DNA from: Eledone cirrhosa
Lineage: Eukaryota
DNA length: 64,000 nt
Direction: 5' to 3'
NCBI GenBank assembly: GCA_964016885.1
Contig: OZ024742.1
Span: 74,772,001-74,836,000, forward strand
Shown: piece by piece, positions 1-12,832 of the stretch
How the letters are laid out: every line of letters begins with the position of its first letter
How positions within the stretch are numbered: the stretch's first letter is position 1
Translations under genes and position numbers: made by a program
Notes under the pieces: generated by a model
The model's input: only the letters and a program-made list of their open reading frames with translations
Databases searched by the model: none
Told to the model about the DNA's origin: nothing

Positions 1-148
1 TGAACATCGAATGCATTTACCCAAAAAGAAGAACTGGTCTACACCATTGGATGCAAACGAAGTCGCAGGTTTTATATCAGAGTAACCTTCTCCTAAAGAG
101 ATGTCTTAATGAGGACTAGGAGTCCCTCACTCCATCCCCAAAATACTT

Positions 149-198
<50 letters not shown>

Positions 199-262
199 GA
201 TGAAATCGAAAATGCAACTGGAGTCTTATTTAAAAAATATAAATATATATATTTATTTTGTT

Positions 263-300
263 CCTTTACCGGTTTCGCAGTTCTTCTGCTTTTCAAAAGT
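263..300 (-). ncRNA. Minimal type I hammerhead ribozyme, U3-A8 core variant
   Basis: Reverse complement reads actt-TTGAAAA-gcag aagaa ctgc-GAAA-ccgg-TA-aagg. Confidence 0.65.
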
Positions 301-370
301 AGAGTTGAGATGGCGGGTCTGTGGTTTTTCTCAGATGTTAGAAAAACCACAGACCCTCCATCTCAACTCT

Positions 371-408
371 ACTTTTGAAAAGCAGAAGAACTGCGAAACC
401 GGTAAAGG
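371..408 (+). ncRNA. Minimal type I hammerhead ribozyme, U3-A8 core variant
   Basis: actt-TTGAAAA-gcag aagaa ctgc-GAAA-ccgg-TA-aagg; stem III region ACCGGT is palindromic. Confidence 0.65.
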
Positions 409-540
409 AACCAAATAAATATATATATTTAAAAAAAAAAAAATAAGACTCCAGTTGCATTTTCGATTTCATCTTTTTTCTTTATACTTTCGCTCTTGTA
501 GGACACCTCGGTTATTTTTCATTTTGTAAAAAAACCTCAC

Positions 541-673
<133 letters not shown>

Positions 674-689
674 AACTAGAAATTGATTG

Positions 690-1290
690 ACATATATATA
701 TATATATCTAAAATAAACATATGAAACAATTACAGGGAATAATTTGTAAAAGTGTGTAAGCACACATAGCTAAGTAGGTATCTAATTAAAGTTTAACTAG
801 AACTTCAAAAATAGATACCTTATAAATTGATTAATCTACCTTGTATATATTTCATTCAAGAAATATATTTCACCATTAATCGATCGGTAAACCACAGTAG
901 CCAAATATCGTATTTTCAACAAGGGAGAAGATCTAACTATCTGTGTTTACACAGAAAATTCAAATCTGCGAATGACTAACAGCACGTGTCGTATCTTTTT
1001 AAAAATACACACATCGTATCAGCTTCATATCAGTGGCGTGACTAGGGTTATCGACAACTAGAAATAGCAGCCGAGTCCTTTCAACTGAGTTAGCTCTACA
1101 ATTAAGGGGCCGTGTGTATATCCAAAATTAAATTAAGGGTATCATGTTGGAGAGACATGCGCCATATCCACCGTAGAATATGCTCCAAGATTCCAATGAA
1201 TAGATCCGAGCATTCTATTTTAACATGAAATAAATTTACATATATATATATCTAAAATAAATATATGAAACAATCACAGGGAATAATTTG

Positions 1291-1292
<2 letters not shown>
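690..1292. repeat. ~600-bp insertion bounded by ~55-bp direct repeats
   Basis: catatatatat..ctaaaataaa.atatgaaacaat.acagggaataatttgta occurs at ~690-748 and ~1239-1292. Confidence 0.55.
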
Positions 1293-1322
<30 letters not shown>

Positions 1323-1562
1323 CATATATATACATATACATATATATACATATACATATATATATGCATATACATATATATACATATACATATACACAGG
1401 GAATAATATATATATATATATACATTTTTTTTACAAAATGAGGTTTTTTTTACAAAATGAAAAATAACCGAGGTGTCCTACACGAGTGGAAGTATAAAGA
1501 AAAAGAGATGAAATCGAAAATGCAACTGAAGTCTTATTTTTTTTAAAAATATATATATTTAT

Positions 1563-2216
1563 TTGGTTCCTTTACGGAAAGAGAAACAAATTCAAGGTAC
1601 GTCCAATATTCTATCATATATCTCAACACACAACCCAAGAAATGCGGAAGCTTACAACACTATTCACAATAACATCCCACTACTAAAACAAAACCCAAGA
1701 ATGAAAAAAGCCCTTGAAACACACAAAATAATCAAAAGCAAAAGACAACCAAAATCACTGAAAACATTACTCACCAATGCCAAATTACCTACCACAAACC
1801 CACAACCAAGTATCAAAAAATGTGGTCGCTCTAATTGTGGAACCTGCACTAACCTCATTGAAGGCAACACGTTTACATTTAAATCAGGACAAAATTTTAC
1901 TGTAAAAAATCACTTCACTTGCTCATCAAAAAATCTAATTTATGCCATTAAATGTAAAGGATGCAATGAAGATTATATAGGACAAACTAAACTCGCACTC
2001 AGAAACAGAATGACAGTTCATCGCCAACAATTACGAGATCCAACCACGAGACAGATACCACTAAGTGCACATCTAGACATTTGCGCAAGTAATAAGACAC
2101 CCAAATTCCAAGTCTTCCCATTTTACCTTTGCGCTAACAATACAACAGAACAAATGCGAATAAATAAGGAAAATATGTTTATTCAAAAATATAGACCAAC
2201 ATTAAATAAGGTTTAA
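1563..2216 (+). CDS. PLE C-terminal fragment: Cys-rich linker + GIY-YIG endonuclease
   Basis: CGRSNCGTC...FTCSSKNLIYAIKCKGCNEDYIGQT...RMTVHR...E..FIQKYRPTLN; the 5' end is an inversion junction, not a real start. Confidence 0.85.
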   Translation: MVPLRKEKQIQGTSNILSYISTHNPRNAEAYNTIHNNIPLLKQNPRMKKALETHKIIKSKRQPKSLKTLLTNAKLPTTNPQPSIKKCGRSNCGTCTNLIEGNTFTFKSGQNFTVKNHFTCSSKNLIYAIKCKGCNEDYIGQTKLALRNRMTVHRQQLRDPTTRQIPLSAHLDICASNKTPKFQVFPFYLCANNTTEQMRINKENMFIQKYRPTLNKV

Positions 2217-2708
2217 TATACATTATGTCAACACCACAATATGACATACACACACACACATAACACCTTCTACTTTAGAAAATAAAAACCCGAACTAAAT
2301 AAACCTTAACATACGTTTGCACTGGCAATACAACAGCAAACACGAAAAAGTCAGGAAAATATGTTCATTCAAAAATATTCCTACTAAAGGAATCACTTTC
2401 CTACACACATACATACACACACACAATATATATATATATATATATATATTCTCTTCATCTTAACATGCTAACCATACACCCACACACATAACACCCATAC
2501 ACACACATAACAACCCCCACACCTACAACTCCCTCCCCATTTCTACTAATAGAACCACTTTCCTACACACATATATATATACACACACACAAAATATATA
2601 TCCTCTCCATCTTAACATACTCGCACACACACACATAACACCCATATACACACACACACAACTCCCTCCCCCATCTCTACTAATAGAATCATCTTCCAAT
2701 ACACACAT

Positions 2709-2743
<35 letters not shown>

Positions 2744-3252
2744 AGCACACAAATAAACACATATCTTCAGTCTCAATAGAAAATCTGAACTCTGACACCT
2801 GAACTCTGACAGCTGGCCATATTCACTGAACCAGAACATTTCTCCCAATCCCTTTTCCCTTGACCACTATCTCTCCATTGTCATAACATTCACTATAAAG
2901 ACTACAGAATAGTTTTCCAAATAAGGGCGCAAAAATGTAATGAAAACTTGTTCACGTGACAGCCAAATTTCATTTATAACCAACCAAAAAAAGCCTTCGT
3001 GAGCCTCCTTTTTTCAAGTAAAAAGAAATTCAAACACTCATATATGAAAAAACAACCTGTGACAACCCCCCCCTCTCTTATTTGAAGAACTATTGTAACG
3101 CGAACTGGCGCGAAATTTATTATAATTATTGACAAACCAATCAAATTACTTCTCGAAAAACCTGGCTTTCGAGCCACTTTTTCCATATAAAACAAGAACA
3201 TTTAGAGACCAACCAGATGTGAGGAAAACCACAGACCCTCCATCTCAACTCA

Positions 3253-3290
3253 CCTTTTGAAAAGCAGAAGAACTGCGAAACCGGTAAAGG
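3253..3290 (+). ncRNA. Minimal type I hammerhead ribozyme, U3-A8 core variant
   Basis: cctt-TTGAAAA-gcag aagaa ctgc-GAAA-ccgg-TA-aagg with perfect stem I cctt/aagg, located in the PLE 3' pLTR. Confidence 0.75.
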
Positions 3291-3359
3291 AACCAAATAA
3301 ATATATATATTTAAAAAAAAAATAAGACTTCAGTTGCATTTTCGATTTCATCCCTTTTT

Positions 3360-3411
<52 letters not shown>

Positions 3412-3412
<1 letters not shown>

Positions 3413-4205
3413 AAAGCCATCCACCGTACGGATGCTCACGTAGAACAACAGAAACATGCCCACTAGACCAACAGGGTAACACTCCGGTGGTGATATATCA
3501 AGCAGAGTTTACCATCACCAACCAGAACCACGAAACTGAAACCTGGACCTATGTCGGTATGTCCGAGAGCCGGTTCAAAATCAGGTACCTGAATCACGAA
3601 ACAATTTTCAGCCATCCTGACAAAAAACATGCCACCCAGTTCGCAAATCAGATATGGAGCCAGAAGAATAACGGCACACTTTTTCTCATCAAATGAAGTA
3701 TATTAGAAATATCTACCTCTACCACCTATGTTAATGGGACGAAAGTATGTTGCCTTTGTAACTCGGAAAAATGGAATATACTCTCCCAACTAGTTTCAGA
3801 TAAACACTGCCTGAATACACGCTGTCCACACGAAAAGATGTATATTCTTAGTAAATGGCTTAGACATATTTTGTATATCAAGGAATTTGGATACTTTGAA
3901 TCAGCTGGAAAAATTATTTCCCCCCAATTTGATTGTGTTAAGCATTACCTCCCTTGATTTTACCTTTTCGCTCATAATAAAAAATAAAAAAAATAAAACT
4001 ATTTTCTAAATTGTCTGCCTTTGTTTAAACTCTCAAGTTATATTTCTGATATGAAACCAAATTCAACCTCCGGCGGCCATCTTTATTTTTACTTTTTTTA
4101 TGACAGGCTGAATGAGTTACTGTTGTAACTATTTATACCAAACTCGTGCTATGGACTGAGTGTTCTTATCTTTGGACATTTCTACCAAACATTTACTGCA
4201 GTATA
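3412..4205 (+). pseudogene. Degraded PLE GIY-YIG fragment with 3' end
   Basis: CPLDQQG...VIYQAE...YVGMSESRFKIRYLNH with stops. 4110-4170 resembles the reverse complement of the tail at ~34335-34400. Confidence 0.75.
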
Positions 4206-4214
4206 TAAATAAAT

Positions 4215-4262
<48 letters not shown>

Positions 4263-4379
4263 CTTAAAGTATTTATATATATATATGTAAATATACATAT
4301 ATATATTTGTGTGTGTGTGAGAGAGAGTGTGTTATAACTATCCTAAATACACAAATCATTATATTTAAAGGATTTGTCT

Positions 4380-4712
4380 ATTCATGGCTCAGCGACCTTA
4401 TTTCTATCAGTGAGCTGCTCAACATTACCAAACTTACATCAATTATATCAATTGTCAAGTCAAGAGTACTAAAACTATATGGCCATATAAAAAGATCAAC
4501 TCGTGGTGTGAGTAGGTTATGCCTGGAAGGAAGGTTGGCTGGTAAGAGAAGCAGAGGCCGGCAGCCAAAACGATGGCTTGATAATGTCAATTCATGGACT
4601 TGACTTGATCTTCGCTCTTTGAATTATGTTGCTGGTGATCGAACTTTGTGGAGAGAAATATCTCATGTTGGTGCGCAGTCTGCATCTGGTGGAGTTTAGC
4701 GTCACAAGAAGA
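4380..4712 (+). mobile_element. 3' fragment of an RTE-like LINE
   Basis: LKLYGHIKR...LEGRLAGKRSRGRQPKRWLDNV is a typical RTE ORF C-terminus. Confidence 0.65.
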
Positions 4713-4852
4713 TGTATATATATATATATGAATATAGACATAGAATATTCGAAAATATTCTGTATGTTTATAATAAACATTTTGAAGACCTAATCGCTAT
4801 AGAATAGAATACGTCACGTATTACAATTAGATTCTCGATAAAAGCAAGGGAA

Positions 4853-4895
4853 GTAATCTACGCGTTTCATTCTCGTTAGAAATCATCAGGACTAC
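4853..4895 (-). ncRNA. Type I hammerhead ribozyme (first of 7 minus-strand copies, repeating every 310 bp to 6713-6755)
   Basis: Reverse complement reads gtagtc-CTGATGA-tttct aacg agaat-GAAA-cgcg-TA-gattac. Stem I is extended by a 16-bp helix 4831-4846/4904-4919. Confidence 0.9.
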
Positions 4896-7098
4896 ATATC
4901 CAGTGCTTTTATCGAGAATGACACAGCTAGAGACTTATAGAATACTTAGCTGTGTACAGGAACTGGTTTGAAAGAGCGGTTGCCGGTCCGGCAGAAATTA
5001 GAAATTGGAATAAATGCTCTGAAATAGCGATATATATGTGAATATAGACATAGAATATTCGAAAATATTCTGTATGTTTATAATAAACATTTTGAAGACC
5101 TAATCGCTATAGAATAGAATACGTCACGTATTACAATTAGATTCTCGATAAAAGCAAGGGAAGTAATCTACGCGTTTCATTCTCGTTAGAAATCATCAGG
5201 ACTACATATCCAGTGCTTTTATCGAGAATGACACAGCTAGAGACTTATAGAATACTTAGCTGTGTACAGGAACTGGTTTGAAAGAGCGGTTGCCGGTCCG
5301 GCAGAAATTAGAAATTGGAATAAATGCTCTGAAATAGCGATATATATGTGAATATAGACATAGAATATTCGAAAATATTCTGTATGTTTATAATAAACAT
5401 TTTGAAGACCTAATCGCTATAGAATAGAATACGTCACGTATTACAATTAGATTCTCGATAAAAGCAAGGGAAGTAATCTACGCGTTTCATTCTCGTTAGA
5501 AATCATCAGGACTACATATCCAGTGCTTTTATCGAGAATGACACAGCTAGAGACTTATAGAATACTTAGCTGTGTACAGGAACTGGTTTGAAAGAGCGGT
5601 TGCAGGTCCGGCAGAAATTAGAAATTGGAATAAATGCTCTGAAATAGCGATATATATGTGAATATAGACATAGAATATTCGAAAATATTCTGTATGTTTA
5701 TAATAAACATTTTGAAGACCTAATCGCTATAGAATAGAATACGTCACGTATTACAATTAGATTCTCGATAAAAGCAAGGGAAGTAATCTACGCGTTTCAT
5801 TCTCGTTAGAAATCATCAGGACTACATATCCAGTGCTTTTATCGAGAATGACACAGCTAGAGACTTATAGAATACTTAGCTGTGTACAGGAACTGGTTTG
5901 AAAGAGCGGTTGCCGGTCCGGCAGAAATTAGAAATTGGAATAAATGCTCTGAAATAGCGATATATATGTGAATATAGACATAGAATATTCGAAAATATTC
6001 TGTATGTTTATAATAAACATTTTGAAGACCTAATCGCTATAGAATAGAATACGTCACGTATTACAATTAGATTCTCGATAAAAGCAAGGGAAGTAATCTA
6101 CGCGTTTCATTCTCGTTAGAAATCATCAAGACTACATATCCAGTGCTTTTATCGAGAATGACACAGCTAGAGACTTATAGAATACTTAGCTGTGTACAGG
6201 AACTGGTTTGAAAGAGCGGTTGCCGGTCCGGCAGAAATTAGAAATTGGAATAAATGCTCTGAAATAGCGATATATATGTGAATATAGACATAGAATATTC
6301 GAAAATATTCTGTATGTTTATAATAAACATTTTGAAGACCTAATCGCTATAGAATAGAATACGTCACGTATTACAATTAGATTCTCGATAAAAGCAAGGG
6401 AAGTAATCTACGCGTTTCATTCTCGTTAGAAATCATCAGGACTACATATCCAGTGCTTTTATCGAGAATGACACAGCTAGAGACTTATAGAATACTTAGC
6501 TGTGTACAGGAACTGGTTTGAAAGAGCGGTTGCCGGTCCGGCAGAAATTAGAAATTGGAATAAATGCTCTGAAATAGCGATATATATGTGAATATAGACA
6601 TAGAATATTCGAAAATATTCTGTATGTTTATAATAAACATTTTGAAGACCTAATCGCTATAGAATAGAATACGTCACGTATTACAATTAGATTCTCGATA
6701 AAAGCAAGGGAAGTAATCTACGCGTTTCATTCTCGTTAGAAATCATCAGGACTACATATCCAGTGCTTTTATCGAGAATGACACAGCTAGAGACTTATAG
6801 AATACTTAGCTGTGTACAGGAACTGGTTTGAAAGAGCGGTTGCCGGTCCGGCAGAAATTAGAAATTGGAATAAATGCTCTGAAATAGCGATATATATGTG
6901 AATATAGACATAGAATATTCGAAAATATTCTGTATGTTTATAATAAACATTTTGAAGACCTAATCGCTATAGAATAGAATTTATTCCAATTTCTAATTTC
7001 TGCCGGACCGGCAACCGCTCTTTCAAACCAGTTCCTGTACACAGCTAAGTATTCTATAAGTCTCTAGCTGTGTCATTCTCGATAAAAGCACTGGATAT

Positions 7099-7141
7099 GT
7101 AGTCCTGATGATTTCTAACGAGAATGAAACGCGTAGATTAC
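7099..7141 (+). ncRNA. Type I hammerhead ribozyme (first of 7 plus-strand copies, repeating every 310 bp to 8959-9001)
   Basis: gtagtc CTGATGA tttctaacgagaat GAAA cgcg TA gattac; palindromic stem III ACGCGT, GUA cleavage triplet. Confidence 0.9.
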
Positions 7142-9154
7142 TTCCCTTGCTTTTATCGAGAATCTAATTGTAATACGTGACGTATTCTATTCTATAGCGA
7201 TTAGGTCTTCAAAATGTTTATTATAAACATACAGAATATTTTCGAATATTCTATGTCTATATTCACATATATATCGCTATTTCAGAGCATTTATTCCAAT
7301 TTCTAATTTCTGCCGGACCGGCAACCGCTCTTTCAAACCAGTTCCTGTACACAGCTAAGTATTCTATAAGTCTCTAGCTGTGTCATTCTCGATAAAAGCA
7401 CTGGATATGTAGTCCTGATGATTTCTAACGAGAATGAAACGCGTAGATTACTTCCCTTGCTTTTATCGAGAATCTAATTGTAATACGTGACGTATTCTAT
7501 TCTATAGCGATTAGGTCTTCAAAATGTTTATTATAAACATACAGAATATTTTCGAATATTCTATGTCTATATTCACATATATATCGCTATTTCAGAGCAT
7601 TTATTCCAATTTCTAATTTCTGCCGGACCGGCAACCGCTCTTTCAAACCAGTTCCTGTACACAGCTAAGTATTCTATAAGTCTCTAGCTGTGTCATTCTC
7701 GATAAAAGCACTGGATATGTAGTCCTGATGATTTCTAACGAGAATGAAACGCGTAGATTACTTCCCTTGCTTTTATCGAGAATCTAATTGTAATACGTGA
7801 CGTATTCTATTCTATAGCGATTAGGTCTTCAAAATGTTTATTATAAACATACAGAATATTTTCGAATATTCTATGTCTATATTCACATATATATCGCTAT
7901 TTCAGAGCATTTATTCCAATTTCTAATTTCTGCCGGACCGGCAACCGCTCTTTCAAACCAGTTCCTGTACACAGCTAAGTATTCTATAAGTCTCTAGCTG
8001 TGTCATTCTCGATAAAAGCACTGGATATGTAGTCCTGATGATTTCTAACGAGAATGAAACGCGTAGATTACTTCCCTTGCTTTTATCGAGAATCTAATTG
8101 TAATACGTGACGTATTCTATTCTATAGCGATTAGGTCTTCAAAATGTTTATTATAAACATACAGAATATTTTCGAATATTCTATGTCTATATTCACATAT
8201 ATATCGCTATTTCAGAGCATTTATTCCAATTTCTAATTTCTGCCGGACCGGCAACCGCTCTTTCAAACCAGTTCCTGTACACAGCTAAGTATTCTATAAG
8301 TCTCTAGCTGTGTCATTCTCGATAAAAGCACTGGATATGTAGTCCTGATGATTTCTAACGAGAATGAAACGCGTAGATTACTTCCCTTGCTTTTATCGAG
8401 AATCTAATTGTAATACGTGACGTATTCTATTCTATAGCGATTAGGTCTTCAAAATGTTTATTATAAACATACAGAATATTTTCGAATATTCTATGTCTAT
8501 ATTCACATATATATCGCTATTTCAGAGCATTTATTCCAATTTCTAATTTCTGCCGGACCGGCAACCGCTCTTTCAAACCAGTTCCTGTACACAGCTAAGT
8601 ATTCTATAAGTCTCTAGCTGTGTCATTCTCGATAAAAGCACTGGATATGTAGTCCTGATGATTTCTAACGAGAATGAAACGCGTAGATTACTTCCCTTGC
8701 TTTTATCGAGAATCTAATTGTAATACGTGACGTATTCTATTCTATAGCGATTAGGTCTTCAAAATGTTTATTATAAACATACAGAATATTTTCGAATATT
8801 CTATGTCTATATTCACATATATATCGCTATTTCAGAGCATTTATTCCAATTTCTAATTTCTGCCGGACCGGCAACCGCTCTTTCAAACCAGTTCCTGTAC
8901 ACAGCTAAGTATTCTATAAGTCTCTAGCTGTGTCATTCTCGATAAAAGCACTGGATATGTAGTCCTGATGATTTCTAACGAGAATGAAACGCGTAGATTA
9001 CTTCCCTTGCTTTTATCGAGAATCTAATTGTAATACGTGACGTATTCTATTCTATAGCGATTAGGTCTTCAAAATGTTTATTATAAACATACAGAATATT
9101 TTCGAATATTCTATGTCTATATTCACATATATATCGCTATTTCAGAGCATTTAT

Positions 9155-9216
<62 letters not shown>

Positions 9217-9409
9217 TGTGTGTGTATGTGTGTGTGTGTGTGTGTGTGTATAAGCCTTCGCCGTATTTTTAACTGTGTACGTCAATACTCATCTTTTTTC
9301 ATTTCTTCTATTTCTAATTTTCAAACTCGCTCGCTGTTTCAAAAACATACACACACGCACACACACGCACACACACACACAGACACACATAGATATATAT
9401 ACTCGTACA

Positions 9410-10221
<812 letters not shown>

Positions 10222-10333
10222 TAAAATAACAGATTAAAGTTTAAGCAAAGAATCGCTGCTTTCACTCTTAACGGGATCTTCTGAAACTAACAAAGTCAAT
10301 CTGTAAACGCAGAACTGGATATTTAAAAAAACG

Positions 10334-10990
10334 TTGCAACCGGAGGTGGCCACACCATTAGCTAAGATCTTTCTTTCCCTTATTACGAAGCATTTTCCCC
10401 CTACACATAAATATAGTAAAATTTTTAATAGAAATACTATTAAAATTTCTTACTCTACGACTCCTAACCTTGCACGTAACATCACAGCTTCAAATTTAGC
10501 TAAACTACCTAGCCGTAGGAACACGTGCAACCCTGTAGTTAGTACTAACTGTAATTGTAGGAATCGGGCAGATTGTCCCCTATCCGGGAAATACCTCTCT
10601 AGTAACATTGTCTACAAATGTAAGGTTGTAACACTCACGTCCCGTAGGGCCTACATAGGGTTAACCGCCAATAGTTTCAAGCAGCGTCTTTACATGCATA
10701 CCCATTCTTTTCGTTACCCTCTAAGAAGGAATATGACGTCACTTTCAGCTTATATCTGGAGTCTAAAAGACAACCACACCCAATATAAGTTACACTGGGA
10801 GATCCTAGCTAGGGCTAGATCGTATAACGGAAATAAAAGACCATGTGACCTCTGCGCCGCTGAGGCCCTGGAAATACTCTACGCCACAGACAACATCTTA
10901 AACAAAAAATCTGAGGCAATTTCGGCTTGTAAACATAAATTGCACAAAATTTTCCTGTATTACAGCCCCACATTATACCCTAAGGGATAG
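10334..10990 (+). CDS. PLE C-terminal GIY-YIG endonuclease fragment
   Basis: KIFNRNTIKISYS..CNCRNRADCPLSG..NIVYKC..AYIGLTANSFKQRLYMH..TSLSAYIWSLK..CDLCAAE..LNKKSE. Confidence 0.88.
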   Translation: MQPEVATPLAKIFLSLITKHFPPTHKYSKIFNRNTIKISYSTTPNLARNITASNLAKLPSRRNTCNPVVSTNCNCRNRADCPLSGKYLSSNIVYKCKVVTLTSRRAYIGLTANSFKQRLYMHTHSFRYPLRRNMTSLSAYIWSLKDNHTQYKLHWEILARARSYNGNKRPCDLCAAEALEILYATDNILNKKSEAISACKHKLHKIFLYYSPTLYPKG

Positions 10991-11920
10991 CACGATCTAT
11001 ACGTGGATATTTTACGTCTTGATGTGGTAGCTAAGTATGTGTTTTATTTATTCCTTTACTTATTTGCATAGGTAAGTATATATTACCCGTATGTTTTGTG
11101 AAGGTATGTATACCTTCTCGTACGTATATTTGACTGTTATGGCGTATAATCTTTACATATTCTGGTATTTAGGGTTTGGCTATGTGTATACGGGAGTTTT
11201 GCGTCTGCGTGAGTATGCAGGTTCGTACGTATGGTGGGTGTGTGTATATGTGTACTTCTTGTTTTAGTTGACTTACGTCTCCGAACATTCGTGTATTTAT
11301 TTGTAGGTATGTGTGTGCGCTTGTTATATACGTATTTATTTACTTATATACGTTTATATAATTATTTATTTATTTGTACACAAGCATACACACACACACA
11401 CATATTTATATGTGCGTGGTTTTGTATACCTATGGTAAGGTTTTGCGTATGCTTGCGTATGTACGTATCTGTTTGCGTGTATGTGTTTATTTGTTTCTAT
11501 TACTTCTGTATTGTATTTATTTACTTTGTTCTTAACTCTGTAGCGGAGATTCATTTGGTCTCCTAGTTAGAATTTTAGTCTACAACTTCTGCTATACCAT
11601 TTATGTGGGTTTGTCTTTGCGTGCTATTGTTCTCCACGCTCCACATATGACTTATTATCTTCGTTTTTTCGTTCATTGCCAGAGAACGTCTCTATGCACC
11701 ACCTAAGAGAACATTAGTCTACGACCTCTTTTATACCATAAACGTGGTTCTGTCTTTGCGCGTAATTGTTTTTCACCGCTCCTATAAATGACGTATTATT
11801 CGTTTTTTCCCGTTCTTTGCCAGCGAACGTTTCCACGAACCAAAGTATCGTCTTCCTGTCTTCCTCCGGTTGCAACGTTTTTTGAAATATCCAGTTCTGC
11901 GTTTACAGATTGACTTTGTT

Positions 11921-11971
11921 AGTTTCAGAAGATCCCGTTAAGGGTGAAAGCAGCGATTCTTTGCTTAAACT
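11921..11971 (+). ncRNA. Hammerhead-like motif with CAGAAGA (U4A) core
   Basis: agttt-CAGAAGA-tccc gttaa gggt-GAAA-gca gcgattctt tgc-TT-aaact; all three stems pair. Minus-strand copies at ~9654-9704 and ~10238-10288. Confidence 0.6.
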
Positions 11972-12102
11972 TTAATCTGTTATTTTAATAAATATTTGCT
12001 CTTCGGTTCTTATATATTTGATATATATTTTCCTTATCGAGCCCTCTTTGGATTTTAGTCTTCAATTTTATTATTATTACTATATATATATATATACATA
12101 TC

Positions 12103-12172
<70 letters not shown>

Positions 12173-12179
12173 AAAAAAT

Positions 12180-12513
12180 GGGGAGAAGAATACTGCAGGT
12201 TGCACATGGATAACATGTTATAAAATGAGTCCCTCATCAGTGATTTGCCAACGATCATAGATATTTCATTGCATTAAAAATCATATACCTCACGTTGGTG
12301 CAATAATAACTAAATTAAGTTATTAGGACAATTAAAACGTGTAAAGCGAATGAGACAAGTAAACAACAAAGAGGAAAGCTAACCGTAGATAGGAAGGGAA
12401 CAAGCTACATAGTTATTCTGTTAGCATAAGCTAGGTGAATATATGAGCGCTTAGAAAAAAGACCTTTCGAGATGAATCCAAATGTAAGAAAGAAGGAAAA
12501 TGTATTCGTCGCG

Positions 12514-12547
<34 letters not shown>

Positions 12548-12832
12548 CATGAGAAGAAAGAAGAATACTGCGTGGTTGCACATGGGTTACATATGATAAA
12601 AATAGTCCTTCGTCAGTGATTTTCCAACCATCATTGGTATTTCATCGCATTAAAAATCAGATACCCCAGGTTGGTGCGAGCAATAACAAAAAATAGTTAT
12701 TGGGACCAGTAATTCGCGTAAAGCGAGAGGGACAAGTAAACAACATAGAAGGATAAAAGCAAACCGAAGATAGGAAAATAAACAAGCAACATGGTTGTCC
12801 GGTCAGCATAAGGTGGGTGGATTTCATGAGCG
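12180..12832. repeat. Diverged direct repeat, ~375-bp period
   Basis: gaagaatactgc..ggttgcacatgg..tcagtgattt..gcattaaaaatca..gttggtgc..agcataag..atgagcg is present twice (~12185-12450 and ~12560-12832). Confidence 0.65.

Larger units (their letters stand above)
1425..3366 (+). mobile_element. 5'-truncated Penelope-like element (family A) with inverted 5' pLTR fragment
   Basis: 1425-1575 is the reverse complement of the family A 3' end including the tail. A GIY-YIG ORF follows, and the 3' pLTR with HHR lies at ~3225-3366. Confidence 0.85.
4729..9160. mobile_element. Fold-back tandem array of 310-bp HHR-containing non-coding units (retrozyme-like, PLE-related)
   Basis: Left arm units start at 4731, 5041, 5351, 5661, 5971, 6281, 6591 and 6901 (partial). 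Inversion junction at ~6979-6981. Right arm reverse-complement units start at 6981, 7291, 7601, 7911, 8221, 8531 and 8841, plus 10 bp to 9160. Flanked by (AT)n. Confidence 0.92.
10212..12082 (+). mobile_element. 5'-truncated PLE (family C) with inverted 5' pLTR fragment
   Basis: 10212-10346 is the reverse complement of ~11865-11997. The GIY-YIG ORF follows the inversion junction. Confidence 0.85.

Noticed and set aside
975-1040. Possible minus-strand HHR in the 690-1292 repeat (similar weak case at ~22450-22492)
   Set aside because: The core is degenerate (GACA for GAAA, extra bases) and the stems are not supportable.
4729-9160. CRISPR array or ordinary satellite
   Set aside because: The units are identical with no variable spacers and no cas genes. 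An HHR per unit, the inversion and termini shared with a dispersed copy argue against a simple satellite.
12228-12280. CTGATGA/CTGACGA on the minus strand in both copies of the 375-bp repeat (also ~12611)
   Set aside because: I could not find a consistent stem II, stem III and GAAA arrangement in both copies; a decayed or permuted HHR remains possible.
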